Origin: Leptolyngbyaceae cyanobacterium
GTDB lineage: Bacteria > Cyanobacteriota > Cyanobacteriia > Phormidesmidales > Phormidesmidaceae
Direction of reading: 5' to 3'
DNA: 52,076 nucleotides
Assembly (NCBI GenBank): GCA_965263355.1
Contig: CBDHHL010000053.1
Location: 1-52,076 of the forward strand
Each line of letters opens with the position of its first letter. Position 1 is the first letter of the stretch. Shown one piece after another: positions 7,935-18,485 of this stretch. The notes below the pieces were generated by a model. It saw nothing but the letters and a program-made list of their open reading frames with translations. It ran no database searches and was not told where the DNA came from. A program made the position numbers and the translations under genes.

Positions 7935-10457
7935 ATGCCCACTTCCCAAATTCCTGCTGTTGCTTGGACCTGGCCCATAGGCGCAACCTGGGAGACGCCC
8001 TACATTGTGCGCTATGCCAGCAATTTAGACGACGGTCCCGAGCATGGCATCCCGCTAGGGGGACTGGGAGCTGGGTGTATCGGTCGAGCCCCAAACGGCA
8101 CGTTTAATCTCTGGCATTTAGATGGCGGAGAGCATATATTTGACCAGTTTCCAGCCTGTCAGTTTGCGGTGTACGAGCAAACAGCTGAGGCAACACAGGC
8201 CTATGCCATGGCCACCACAGGCAAAGGCTTAAGCAGCTGGCAATGGTACCCCACCAACCGTAAGGTGAGCACCGCCCGCCATTCAGAGCAAACGCCAGAT
8301 CCCGAACCACAATTACCCAATGGCGGCACCTACCACGCCCTTTATCCTCGAAGCTGGTATTCCTATAGGGACGTCTTTACGACAGAGCTAACCTGTGAGC
8401 AGTTTTCGCCCATTTGGCCAGATAATTACCAGGAAAGCAGCTATCCAGTCGCCATATTTGTATGGACCGCCCATAACCCCACAGAGCAGCCCATCACCCT
8501 CAGTATTTTGCTGAGCTGGCAGAATATGGTGGGTTGGTTTACCAATGCTGAGGCATCGTCAGACATTCAGCAGCGGGAGGATGGTAGCCCATTTTATGAC
8601 TATGTCCCCCCCCTGCGGCAGAGTGCCGGTCATTTTAATCAGCTGGTAACGGCTGAGAATGCGACGGGCACGGCAACGGGCATTGTCATGGATGGAGCCT
8701 GGAGCGGCAGCCCCAGGGAAGGAAAGGGGCAGTTTTGTATTGCGATCGCAACCGACGCAGCAGTAACGTATCACACACGCTGGAATCCCGATGGCGATGG
8801 CAGTGACCTATGGACCGACTTTGCTACCCATGGAAGTTTAAGTAATGTTGCAGATACAACATCTGCGGTGGGGGAGGAACAGGTGGGGGGTGCGATCGCA
8901 GTAAAGTTTACCCTGGCTCCCGGTGAAACTAAAGACATCCCCTTCGTGCTCAGCTGGGATTTGCCCGTCACCGAGTTTGCACCGGGCAAGCTAGCCTATC
9001 GACGCTATACGGACTTTTGCGATCGCGGCGGGCGCAATGCCTGGAAACTGGCCCAGGATGCCCTGACCCATTACCAAACCTGGCAACAACACATCATCGA
9101 TTGGCAGCAACCGATTTTAGACCAGGCAGATCTGCCCGATTGGTTCAAAATGGCCCTGTTTAACGAACTCTACGACATGGCCAGCGGCGGTACCCTCTGG
9201 TCTGCCGCCAGTGATACCGATCCGGTCGGCCAATTTGGCGTGTTGGAATGCCTGGACTACCGCTGGTATGAAAGTCTCGATGTGCGGCTATACGGCGGTT
9301 TTTCTACACTGATGCTATGGCCTGAGTTAGAGAAAGCCATTATCCGGGCCTTTGCTCGGGCTATTCCCACCGAGGACCCCACACAGCGAATTATTGGCTA
9401 CTACTACACAGTAGGTGAAGCCGAGCACCTGGCCCCTAGAAAACTAAAAGGAGCCACCCCCCACGACTTGGGTGCCCCCAATGAACATCCTTGGGTGGCT
9501 ACAAACTACACCAGCTACCAAGACTGCAATCAATGGAAAGATCTACCCAGTGATTTTGTACTGCAGGTCTATCGTGCTTTTCTGCTCACAGGTGGGGATG
9601 ATCTAGAGTTTTTAGCTGACTGCTGGCCTGCGGTAACTGAAACACTGCAGTATCTCAAACTGTTTGATAAAGATGGCGATGGGGTGCCTGAAAATGGGGG
9701 AGCCCCGGATCAAACCTTTGATGACTGGCAGTTACAAGGACTAAGCGCCTACTGTGGCGGGCTGTGGTTGGCGGCGTTAGAGGCTGCGATCGCCATGGGC
9801 GACATTTTGCAACAGCACAAAAAAATCTCCGGTAGCTTTGCCATTGTGAAATCTCAGTATCAACGTTGGATTAAACAGGGCAAAATCGTTTATCAAAACA
9901 AGCTCTGGACCGGCAGCTTCTATCGGCTAGATGCTGAAAGTAATTCTGATGTCGTGATGGCAGACCAGCTCTGTGGTCAGTTTTGCGCTCGCCTGATGGA
10001 TTTACCAGACATTGTGGATGAGGAGTACATCGACATCGCTCTCGACACTATTTATGACGCCTGCTTTGTCAAGTTCAACCAATATGCGGCCACCCATGCC
10101 AAACCCCAAAACCAAAAGTTTGCAGGGGCTCAAACAGGGTTGTTTAGTGCCGCCCAGTTAGGCATGGCCATTGGTGCTGCTAACGGTGTTAAACCAGACG
10201 GGTCGCCAGAGAATCCTGACGATACCCATCAGCTAGAAGTGTGGACCGGCATTAACTTTGGCCTAGCTGCGTTTTTGGCTCAAATGGGTAAACGCGAGCA
10301 AGCCATGGCCATTACCGAGGCCATCGTCCGCCAGATTTACGACTATGGTCTACAATTTCGCACCCCCGAAGCCATTACCGCCATGGGCACCTTTAGAGCC
10401 TGCCACTATTTGCGCCCTATGGCTATTTGGGGACTGTATGCTCAGCTGCAAACTTAG
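7935..10457 (+). CDS. GH116 family glycoside hydrolase (non-lysosomal glucosylceramidase-like)
   Basis: GIPLGGLGAG, LECLDYRWY, PHDLG, WKDL, PDQTFDDW, ADQLCGQ, EVWTG, FRTPEA, YLRPMAIW. Confidence 0.92.
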   Translation: MPTSQIPAVAWTWPIGATWETPYIVRYASNLDDGPEHGIPLGGLGAGCIGRAPNGTFNLWHLDGGEHIFDQFPACQFAVYEQTAEATQAYAMATTGKGLSSWQWYPTNRKVSTARHSEQTPDPEPQLPNGGTYHALYPRSWYSYRDVFTTELTCEQFSPIWPDNYQESSYPVAIFVWTAHNPTEQPITLSILLSWQNMVGWFTNAEASSDIQQREDGSPFYDYVPPLRQSAGHFNQLVTAENATGTATGIVMDGAWSGSPREGKGQFCIAIATDAAVTYHTRWNPDGDGSDLWTDFATHGSLSNVADTTSAVGEEQVGGAIAVKFTLAPGETKDIPFVLSWDLPVTEFAPGKLAYRRYTDFCDRGGRNAWKLAQDALTHYQTWQQHIIDWQQPILDQADLPDWFKMALFNELYDMASGGTLWSAASDTDPVGQFGVLECLDYRWYESLDVRLYGGFSTLMLWPELEKAIIRAFARAIPTEDPTQRIIGYYYTVGEAEHLAPRKLKGATPHDLGAPNEHPWVATNYTSYQDCNQWKDLPSDFVLQVYRAFLLTGGDDLEFLADCWPAVTETLQYLKLFDKDGDGVPENGGAPDQTFDDWQLQGLSAYCGGLWLAALEAAIAMGDILQQHKKISGSFAIVKSQYQRWIKQGKIVYQNKLWTGSFYRLDAESNSDVVMADQLCGQFCARLMDLPDIVDEEYIDIALDTIYDACFVKFNQYAATHAKPQNQKFAGAQTGLFSAAQLGMAIGAANGVKPDGSPENPDDTHQLEVWTGINFGLAAFLAQMGKREQAMAITEAIVRQIYDYGLQFRTPEAITAMGTFRACHYLRPMAIWGLYAQLQT

Positions 10458-10609
10458 GTCGGTAGACAGCATTGAGTCGCTTACATACCAGTCGTACTAT
10501 TGGTTAGGACGTTACCCAACTGGGAACATTTGCGTTCTCAGAAATCGTCACATTTAGGTCTGTTGAATCTTTTCAACCGACTATGTTGACTTACTAGGAG
10601 AACATTTAT

Positions 10610-10909
10610 ATGGGCGCTTTTTCAGGCACTAATAAGTATGACATCAGTGGTAACGTAGGCGTTGCCATCATTGCTGGTATCGGCGGTGAACTTGCCTTCC
10701 AAGATTTTGCGACCAATGCTGAGGGTGAACTCACAGTCTACTTGACCATGGGTGGCGATTTAGCCAAACAGACGATTGATCTAGGTCTGTTATCAGCCGC
10801 AGAGGGTTCATTTAATGTGTCATTTCCGGGAGATACGGATATTAGCCTGTTTGATACGGTAGTCGTTGCTGCTGGAGACACTAGTGTTGGGTCTGCCAGG
10901 GTTCCCTAA
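10610..10909 (+). CDS. Small DM13-like domain protein
   Basis: RBS AGGAG; G.F....SG.V...L.F.DF...L.VYL...IDLG.L...G...P..D.S.FDTVVV pattern. Confidence 0.55.
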   Translation: MGAFSGTNKYDISGNVGVAIIAGIGGELAFQDFATNAEGELTVYLTMGGDLAKQTIDLGLLSAAEGSFNVSFPGDTDISLFDTVVVAAGDTSVGSARVP

Positions 10910-10933
10910 AAAATCACACATTTAGCCAACAAC

Positions 10934-10979
10934 AAATCCCCTGTAGGGGTGTTGCATGCAACGCCCCTACAGGGGATTT
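10934..10979. repeat. GTAG-type REP palindrome, possible bidirectional terminator
   Basis: 46-bp near-perfect palindrome AAATCCCCTGTAGGGGTGTTGCATGCAACGCCCCTACAGGGGATTT between convergent genes. Confidence 0.8.
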
Positions 10980-10984
10980 ATAGG

Positions 10985-11578
10985 TTACGTATCCAGGAGA
11001 GAAAGTTGTCGGCCTGCACTCAGTTGTTGTTTTAATGTGCCCAGCTCCACACCTTCATGGTTTAGCAGCCAGCGCTTACGGTCTAAGCCACCGGCATACC
11101 CCGTGAGCTTGCCACTCGCCCCAATGACTCGATGGCAAGGCAAAATAATCGAAATCGGATTCAAACTATTCGTGGTGCCCACTGCTCTAACAGCGGCGGG
11201 ATTGCCCAACTGACGGGCTAGTTCACCATAGGACATAACATTGCCAGGAGAAATCGAGCGCAGGGCATGCCAAACGGTGGACTGAAATGGAGTGCCCCCT
11301 GGGTTGACGGAAATTGGGTCAATAGACGTAAGATCTCCATCTAAATAAGCGTGCATACGAGTGACTAAATCAGTTTCGAAGGTAGAAAGATCCTGATCAG
11401 CCGATGACGTTTCAACTAACTCAACGGGACCATAGCGTTTTGCCAGCAACCGCATCATCCTATGCTCATAGCCTGAATAGTCCAGGGATACTACAGTCTC
11501 TTGGTCGGTCACCAACAAAATATTACCGATGGGAGAGATGACGGTAGTGAGGCGCAATACCTTGGACGACTTAACCAT
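10985..11578 (-). CDS. ogt: Methylated-DNA--protein-cysteine methyltransferase
   Basis: GTPFQ..VW, SYGELA, RAVG, IILPCHRVIG active site, GYAGGL..K..LL; start taken at ATG 11578 to avoid overlapping the upstream gene. Confidence 0.93.
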   Translation of the reverse strand: MVKSSKVLRLTTVISPIGNILLVTDQETVVSLDYSGYEHRMMRLLAKRYGPVELVETSSADQDLSTFETDLVTRMHAYLDGDLTSIDPISVNPGGTPFQSTVWHALRSISPGNVMSYGELARQLGNPAAVRAVGTTNSLNPISIILPCHRVIGASGKLTGYAGGLDRKRWLLNHEGVELGTLKQQLSAGRQLSLLDT

Positions 11579-11597
11579 AGGACGCTCATGATGGTAG

Positions 11598-13145
11598 CTA
11601 CAAGGAGAAATCGTATAGCCCCACCATAGCCCCCGGATATTGTTTCCGTTCCACCTGCGTCCCAAGACGATTTAGCTGGTCTACAATTGCCTCTTCTGAT
11701 TTAGGCCGTTTACGAGCCAAGAGTACCCACACTCTTTTTTGGTTTTGTAATTCTGTTGTCTTAAGGATATTTAGCTCCTGGTAGTGTCGTTTTAAATCAG
11801 TATCAGACACTTTCCAAATGCCAGTGTTTTCTAACTGACTGAGGATAATATCAGGCGCGGGTAGCTCAAAGCGACGGTTATAAAATTGAAACTGCAGCTG
11901 TGCTCCCGGCAAAACGTAGAGCTTATCGCCTGATTGCCAGTGAGTATCGATATATTCAATCGTTGGTCTCACGTGATCAAAATGTAGACTCCCAGGTACT
12001 ATCGTAGCGTGTAGCCCCCGCATTAAAGGCATAAATATCAGGGTTATCGCCATGATGAGGCTGATAATGCCCAGTATCCTTGGCTTTTTTTTCCAGCGCG
12101 CCAACCAAAAAACAATTCCTTCTGCCAACAAAATAAGCGCGAAGGGGGTTAAAAACAATATCAGTCGTTCTCGAAACGGATATTTATGCCAAAAAGCTGC
12201 TATCAGAGAAATAATAAATGGACTACTCAGATAAAGCAGGCGTAGCTTAGCTGTACGGTACAACACAATACACCCTGTGATAAAGGCAACGATTGCAACC
12301 CCATCAGCAGGACCTGGAAAGCCTAAAGGGCGGTAAAAGAAACGACCAAAGGAATCGAATAGCCATGGGATATCCCACATATTATCTGGGTAACGACCGG
12401 CCCAGCTGCCAGCCAGACCTGTATCCGACAGGGTCTTGCGAATGATGCCAAAGTACAGGGCACAAAAGCTGGCTAGCCAAACACCATAGAGGGGTATACG
12501 ACGTAGGCAAAAGGGTTGTAGAGATTTCCGGGACCAGGGCTGCAATTTGAGTAGATTAGTGCCTTCGACCCCTGCGATAACAAAAATGCTGGGAAAGGAT
12601 AACCAAATGCTGACTATGCCTATAGTACCTGCTGTTAGAAGCTTGCTCAGACTGGGTTTGAGGCTATCTATGGAGGTTAATACTATGAATAGCAAGAGCG
12701 CGATCGCAACATCCCAGCTATAGGGTTTGGTTTCACTGGCAAAATAGGCGATATACCCTTGCACTGAAAATAGCAAAATAGCAATGGGTCTCACCCATCC
12801 ATGGGCAAAGGTTCGGGTCAATCGATAGAACAATACCAACGATAACAATCCTCCGCATAGGGGAAAAAAACGGAGGGCATATTCATGACTGCCCCACGTT
12901 TCCAGGGCAAATTTCTCAATCCAGAGAAATAGGGGAGGGGCCGCCTGATTGTAGGCTAAGGCATCCAGCAGTTCTCGATAATTACGGTCTAGCAGGTTAA
13001 GCACGAGGGCCACTTCATCAAACCAGAGAGAGCGATTGCTCAAGTATTGAGTCAGCCTGACTAAAACCCCGATCCCAAGGCCAAACAGAGAACAGACCTC
13101 TAACCAGCGGGCTTGGGATACGGATTTTAGTAGTTTGGTGACCAC
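11598..13145 (-). CDS. GT-C fold glycosyltransferase (family 39/PMT-like)
   Basis: RSLWFDE, PPLFLW, EYALR, ETKPYS, YPF.ERL motifs and multiple TMs. Confidence 0.85.
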   Translation of the reverse strand: MVTKLLKSVSQARWLEVCSLFGLGIGVLVRLTQYLSNRSLWFDEVALVLNLLDRNYRELLDALAYNQAAPPLFLWIEKFALETWGSHEYALRFFPLCGGLLSLVLFYRLTRTFAHGWVRPIAILLFSVQGYIAYFASETKPYSWDVAIALLLFIVLTSIDSLKPSLSKLLTAGTIGIVSIWLSFPSIFVIAGVEGTNLLKLQPWSRKSLQPFCLRRIPLYGVWLASFCALYFGIIRKTLSDTGLAGSWAGRYPDNMWDIPWLFDSFGRFFYRPLGFPGPADGVAIVAFITGCIVLYRTAKLRLLYLSSPFIISLIAAFWHKYPFRERLILFLTPFALILLAEGIVFWLARWKKKPRILGIISLIMAITLIFMPLMRGLHATIVPGSLHFDHVRPTIEYIDTHWQSGDKLYVLPGAQLQFQFYNRRFELPAPDIILSQLENTGIWKVSDTDLKRHYQELNILKTTELQNQKRVWVLLARKRPKSEEAIVDQLNRLGTQVERKQYPGAMVGLYDFSL

Positions 13146-13217
13146 GGTCGATGATGAATAAACATGGATACTCGTACTTGTTTACCATGTTTAGCCTATG
13201 CTCAATGGCGCTATCGT

Positions 13218-13480
13218 TTACCTCACTGCAACTGGGACGAAGGTTTTGCAGATCGCCTCAATATGTTTCTGCTCTGTGCCGCAACAGCCCTCTAAAATCG
13301 TTTGTGGAATAGAAGCTACGGGTGATTTGGAGTAGTGCGATCGCACGTCGGTTCACATCAGCGAGTTCTGCTGCCCCATAGCCCTGACGCTGACCCCAGT
13401 CAGCACTCGCTCGCCAGGTAGGGCTTTCCAGCACTAAACCCAACTTGTACTTTTGGGCCAATGCCCCATAGGTGATGTTC
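13218..13480 (-). pseudogene. Internally deleted homocysteine S-methyltransferase remnant
   Basis: One frame gives LESPTWRASADWG...VNRRAIAL (N-terminal part); a shifted frame then gives ILEGCCGTEQKHIEAIC (C-terminal GGCCGT motif) to TAA at 13218-13220. Confidence 0.7.
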
Positions 13481-13560
13481 ATCACGCCCACAGGACGTTT
13501 CCCAGAGCCATTCCCAAACAACCATGGCAAAATAGGCAGTGACCCACGCTACGTCTTCCC

Positions 13561-15183
13561 ATGCTGCGCCTTTCTGAGATCAAGCTGCCCCTCGACCATA
13601 CGGACGAGGATTTACATGCCGCTGTGTTAAAAAAGCTACGTCTCAAGGCAGCCGAGTTAACACACTATCAGGTATTTAAACGCAGCTATGATGCCCGCAA
13701 ACGTAGTGACATTCGTCTGGTGTATATCCTGGATGTGGAAACCCCCAAACAAAAACAACTACTGAGTCGGTTTAAGACAGATCCCCATGTCAATCTCACA
13801 CCAGATACCCGCTATCACTATGTTGCTCAGGCTCCTAAGGGTTTAGACCATCGTCCTGTGGTAATCGGCAATGGCCCCTGCGGTATGTTTGCTGGGTTGC
13901 TGCTGGCCCAGATGGGCTTTCAGCCAATTATTGTAGAGCGGGGCAAGGCAGTACATGAGCGCTCTGTAGATACCTTTGGCTTTTGGAGTAAACGCAAATT
14001 CAAACCCGAGTCCAATGCTCAGTTTGGTGAAGGGGGAGCCGGCACCTTTTCCGATGGCAAACTTTACAGTCGCATCAAAGATACCAACCACCATGGTCGT
14101 AAGGTCTTACAAGAGTTGGTCAATGCTGGAGCGGTGCCAGAAATTCTCTACATCAACAAGCCCCACATTGGCACCTATCGTCTGGTGAAGATTGTTGAGA
14201 ATCTGCGTAATACGATTCTCTCCCTTGGCGGCGACATACGGTTTGAAACCCGCGTAGACGATATTGATATTAAAGATCGTCAGGTGCGGGGTGTAATATT
14301 GGCCAATGGCGACTATATTCCTACTGACCATGTGGTGTTAGCAGTGGGTCACAGTGCCCGAGACACCTTTGAAATGCTCCATCGACGTGGCGTCTATATA
14401 GAACCGAAACCATTCTCTATTGGGTTTCGCATAGAACATCCTCAGCCATTGATTGATGAATGCCGGTTTGGAGAGCAGGCGGGCCACCCAATGCTGGGCG
14501 CTGCCGACTATAAACTAGTACACCATTGCAGTAACGGTCGTTCAGTCTATAGTTTTTGCATGTGTCCGGGGGGGCAAGTTGTTGCGGCTACATCAGAAAC
14601 TGGTCGAGTGGTGACCAACGGCATGAGTCAGTACGAGCGCAGCGGCAAAAATGCCAACAGCGGTATTGTTGTGGGCATCACTCCAGACGAGGATTATCCC
14701 GGCGATCCGCTTGCAGGTATTGCCCTTCAGAGAAAGTTAGAATCTCATGCCTTTGAGCTAGGGGGCAGCACATATGAAGCCCCTGGCCAACTGGTGGGAG
14801 ATTTTCTTGCAGGTAAACCTTCTACTCAGCTGGGGACAGTGAAACCTACCTATCGACCCGGTGTGCATCTATGTGATCTAAGCCCAAGCCTACCTGACTA
14901 TGCCATTGAAGCTATCCGTGAAGCCCTGCCTGTCTTTGATAAAAAGATAAAAGGCTTTGCCATGCATGATGCTGTTTTGACAGGAGTAGAAACGCGCACA
15001 TCGTCACCCATTCGCATTAAGCGAGGAGATAATTTTCAAAGTCTTAATACTAAAGGTCTCTATCCGGCTGGAGAAGGAGCAGGCTACGCGGGTGGTATTC
15101 TCTCTGCTGGCGTTGATGGCATCAAAGTCGCTGAAGCAGTTGCCCTTAGTATTGTCGAAAAAGTATCTTGTTGGGTTGGGTGA
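13561..15183 (+). CDS. FAD/NAD(P)-dependent oxidoreductase (COG2509-type)
   Basis: IGNGPCG, GEGGAGTFSDGKL, FCMCPGG, GVETRTSSP, GEGAGYAGGI. Confidence 0.9.
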   Translation: MLRLSEIKLPLDHTDEDLHAAVLKKLRLKAAELTHYQVFKRSYDARKRSDIRLVYILDVETPKQKQLLSRFKTDPHVNLTPDTRYHYVAQAPKGLDHRPVVIGNGPCGMFAGLLLAQMGFQPIIVERGKAVHERSVDTFGFWSKRKFKPESNAQFGEGGAGTFSDGKLYSRIKDTNHHGRKVLQELVNAGAVPEILYINKPHIGTYRLVKIVENLRNTILSLGGDIRFETRVDDIDIKDRQVRGVILANGDYIPTDHVVLAVGHSARDTFEMLHRRGVYIEPKPFSIGFRIEHPQPLIDECRFGEQAGHPMLGAADYKLVHHCSNGRSVYSFCMCPGGQVVAATSETGRVVTNGMSQYERSGKNANSGIVVGITPDEDYPGDPLAGIALQRKLESHAFELGGSTYEAPGQLVGDFLAGKPSTQLGTVKPTYRPGVHLCDLSPSLPDYAIEAIREALPVFDKKIKGFAMHDAVLTGVETRTSSPIRIKRGDNFQSLNTKGLYPAGEGAGYAGGILSAGVDGIKVAEAVALSIVEKVSCWVG

Positions 15184-15354
15184 TGCCAACCCCATGACGG
15201 TCAATAGCCAGATGCGATAAATAACAGCAATTCCTTGAAGCAGTGGATAATACCCCTGACCCTGTAGTCAAACAAACAACGAACGAATCGTATTTTAATC
15301 CGATTGATGCATCCAACCACCACTTTACAATATTTTACCAAGTGCCGGTACTGC

Positions 15355-15474
15355 TTGAGCAACGACGAGCTGATCGCGTACATGCTCAATGAGTTGGACA
15401 AAATCTTCGACGGCCAAGCCTCGCCCAATTATGTGAAGCATATCTTCCAAAATTGAAATGCAGAACCGTATGCA
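15355..15474 (+). pseudogene. Fragment resembling a flavin-containing amine oxidase
   Basis: LSNDELIAYMLNELDKIFDGQASPNYVKHIFQN*NAEPYA; the stop sits where this family usually has Trp (W..EP motif). Confidence 0.4.
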
Positions 15475-15574
15475 AGCAGACTAACCAGTTCTTGTAATAT
15501 TTTATGCCCTTGCTCTTGAGTGGGTCGGCTTTTGACATAACATCAAATTCGAGATTCAGAAGCAGCAGAGAGTA

Positions 15575-16312
15575 TCATGACAGGCTAACAATCTCAGGAC
15601 GAATCAGCCCATTGGTTGCAGCTGCCAGTCCCCCCAAAATGAACTGCGCTCCGATGGCACTGAGCAACAAGCCAAAAATACGTAGGCCAATATCCAATCC
15701 GGTTTCGGTAACAACTGTTTTCAGTTTCTCCCCTAATAGCAAGCTAATCAGCACAATGATCGCCGTTAGCACAATCACACCCACCAATCCTAGGAAAGTG
15801 GATCGATCTGTTGTCTGATTAGAATAGATAATCACCGTACTAATTGATCCTGGACCAACAAAGATAGGAACACAGAGTGGGACAATAATCTTTCCAAAGT
15901 CAGAAAGAGCTTCTTGCCATAATGCTCCAGCTCCCTCAATCTGGCTTTCTGACGGTTCGCATGGCAAGCATTGAAACTCACTCTGGCATTGCTCATCTAC
16001 CTCAGAGGCAATGGTTTGCTTTTGTTTAATCGATTGGCCCTGAGTCATCCCAATGCCAATCAGGAGCAATAAAATTCCTCCACTTAGTTGAAAAGCGGCT
16101 AATGAGATCCCAAAAAAGCGCAACAAAGTTTGACCCGTAAGCAGAAATAGAAGCAACAGTAACGTAATTGTAATCGTTGTGAGCAGTGCTAAAATTCTCT
16201 GGATGGAAACACGATATGTACTGGTGTAGGCCACAAACAGCAGCACATTTCCCACAGGGTTAATGATTGCCACCATAGCTGCTGCAAAGTTACTAACTAA
16301 TGACCATTCCAT
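15575..16312 (-). CDS. MarC family inner membrane protein
   Basis: IINPVGN, FFGISL.AFQ..GG, IVPLCVP..VGPGSI, RIFGLLL.AIG.Q. Confidence 0.92.
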   Translation of the reverse strand: MEWSLVSNFAAAMVAIINPVGNVLLFVAYTSTYRVSIQRILALLTTITITLLLLLFLLTGQTLLRFFGISLAAFQLSGGILLLLIGIGMTQGQSIKQKQTIASEVDEQCQSEFQCLPCEPSESQIEGAGALWQEALSDFGKIIVPLCVPIFVGPGSISTVIIYSNQTTDRSTFLGLVGVIVLTAIIVLISLLLGEKLKTVVTETGLDIGLRIFGLLLSAIGAQFILGGLAAATNGLIRPEIVSLS

Positions 16313-16462
16313 AATTTCAGCGCCTGTATAAAAGGTGATGAAGGGCTACAGAACGAATCCTATAATAAAGCTAGCAATAGCAGGGGTAGTTTTTCTAAGC
16401 CAACACACTGATTAACCCTATTTTATGAAAGGGTTTGTAAAATATTGCAAAGAATTATTAAC

Positions 16463-16965
16463 TTACAAGAGATCGTGAATGCCATTTTAGATTGGGTCGA
16501 TAACGGTATTAAATGGCGTGCGATGCCCCACGATCTACCCAACTGGTCAACGGTCTACAATTATTACCGTCGTTAGGTAAAGCTGGGCGTGTGAGACAAG
16601 ATGAATGGGCACTTGGTAAAGTTGGTAAGACTCGCAGAGGGACGAGATGAGCAACTGAGCTTGGCAAGTATCGATAGTCAATCGGTGAGGACCTCAGAAA
16701 CAAAGGGTCTGAGCAAGGGGTTGATGGTCATAAGCGCGTCAAAGGTCGTAAGTGTCATATGGTTGTTGACACCTTAAGCATGGTGTTGAATTGCTTTGTT
16801 AGTGCGGCCAATATGGCAGATATTAAGGCTGCTGTGGTGGTATTAGAGCCAGTATTAGAAGTGTTGTAAGACTTGAGAAAGTGTTGGCTGACCAAGCGTA
16901 TAAAGGAGGGCTAGGAGAGATTATAAACCAGGTTTATCACTTTATTCTAGAAGTCACAACAAAAC
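16463..16965 (+). mobile_element. Decayed IS5-family transposase fragment
   Basis: EIVNAI...G.KWRAMPHDLPNWSTVYNYY, IDSQSV, DGHKRVKGRK.H..VDT, V.AAN..D, ADQAY; several stops and a frameshift. Confidence 0.85.
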
Positions 16966-16968
16966 CTC

Positions 16969-17095
16969 ATAGGTGGATTTACCTTTATTGTTGGAAGCGT
17001 TTTCTTTTTGCCAGTTTATGCAAACCTCGCGACTCTTGGAGTGTGGATATATTTCGGGGATCTTTCCTCTATTTGATCGTAATCATTCACGACTG
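16969..17095 (+). pseudogene. YrhK-like membrane protein fragment abutting the IS remnant
   Basis: IGGFTFIVGSVFFLP...GVWIYF, then after a frameshift GSFLYLIV..HD*. Confidence 0.4.
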
Positions 17096-17171
17096 ACTTG
17101 AATCTATCAGTCACCTGAAATGTCAGAACCAGGTGAAGAGGAGATATCTAAAAGAGTAGTTTCTTGTTAGA

Positions 17172-18485
17172 TCAACTAGTCTGGAGGAACTCAAACAAGG
17201 GACGGAACTCCCAATCTCGATGCGCGCTAAACCAGCGATCGAAGGCTTGAATGCCCTCTGCCTCATTGCCATTCCCATGAACGAGAATAATACTGCCATC
17301 CTGCACAGGGTGACCGTACGTATGGGACATCCCTGTATAAGCGAGCCATGCATCGCAATCGATAGAAAACAGATCTAGCTGCAAAATCGCATCCAGCCTA
17401 GAATCGTCATGAATCAGCCCTGGGAAACGATAGTATACCGAGGGAACGATGCCCCATTCAAGCATCAACTGCTCCAGACGCAAGGTATCTGCTCGCAACT
17501 CAGCAATCGAAAAATCGTTGAGGAAACCTCCAGATTTTGGATGTGCCCATGAATGCAATCCCCATATTATGTCAACATTTTCTTGCTGAGATAGTTCAAT
17601 CAAGTCATGCATTTCGCCAGGATGCTGTTCCATCCAGCGCCCAGAAACAAATATCACCGGACTAACCGACTGTTGACCCTTGACCGCAACATCCTGTAAC
17701 AACTGAAAGAAGGATGCCTCGAATCTTCGTAGAGACCAACATAGGTCTACGGTTAGCGCAGTGCTTTTCACTAGCTTCTCACGTTTACCAAACTGAAGAG
17801 ATGACTTTTGTTGCACCTTACCCATAAACCAATTTGCATACTGCAACCAATCAGTTTTGGTGAGTTCACTGGGTTCTGACGCATTACGCAAATCACTTTC
17901 GCGAATCACGTAACTTTTTGGCTCGATCCCACAGTCTGTTGCCACTACCGAGGGCTTACCATCCAATAGCATTCGTCGGCGCAACAACAAAGTTGTACAT
18001 TCGGGAATCACATACTCACCATCGTGTAATGATTTGGACGCTGATAGAGGCACGGTTGTCCATACCGTTTGGTGAATTTGCTGTAAGTCCTGAACAATAT
18101 GAGTTCGAAAGGGAGAATCTACAGAAGAAACGTTCAAATGAAGAGTCTTACCGTTCACTTCGATCCTAAGGTACGGGTCTTCTTTTACGAGATAACCAAA
18201 TGGTATGGCGCATTCATGCAGAGGAATAAACAACCGTCCGTCTAAAACTAAGGGTAAATCATTAAGTTGGATTGTATTTTTATGAGCCTCCCTCAACTGA
18301 CTAGCACCATTGGCAAACTCCCACGTCTTGCCCTGGGCAGATATCATGATTCCTCGTGCCCATCGAGTAAATGCTAAAGTCCCGTCTATCATTTCTAGAA
18401 GAGTATCTAAAGAGAGATACAATATTCCCCGATAAGTCACGGCGTTAGTGGGGTTCGTCGCAACACAAAACGAAACTCGGTTCAT
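17172..18485 (-). CDS. Polysaccharide deacetylase (NodB-like) domain protein with an N-terminal copper-amine-oxidase-N-like domain
   Basis: LTVDLC, IFVSGRW, HSWAH, YRFPGL, GSIILVHGNGNE; N-terminal P.VLDGRLFIPL. Confidence 0.7.
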   Translation of the reverse strand: MNRVSFCVATNPTNAVTYRGILYLSLDTLLEMIDGTLAFTRWARGIMISAQGKTWEFANGASQLREAHKNTIQLNDLPLVLDGRLFIPLHECAIPFGYLVKEDPYLRIEVNGKTLHLNVSSVDSPFRTHIVQDLQQIHQTVWTTVPLSASKSLHDGEYVIPECTTLLLRRRMLLDGKPSVVATDCGIEPKSYVIRESDLRNASEPSELTKTDWLQYANWFMGKVQQKSSLQFGKREKLVKSTALTVDLCWSLRRFEASFFQLLQDVAVKGQQSVSPVIFVSGRWMEQHPGEMHDLIELSQQENVDIIWGLHSWAHPKSGGFLNDFSIAELRADTLRLEQLMLEWGIVPSVYYRFPGLIHDDSRLDAILQLDLFSIDCDAWLAYTGMSHTYGHPVQDGSIILVHGNGNEAEGIQAFDRWFSAHRDWEFRPLFEFLQTS

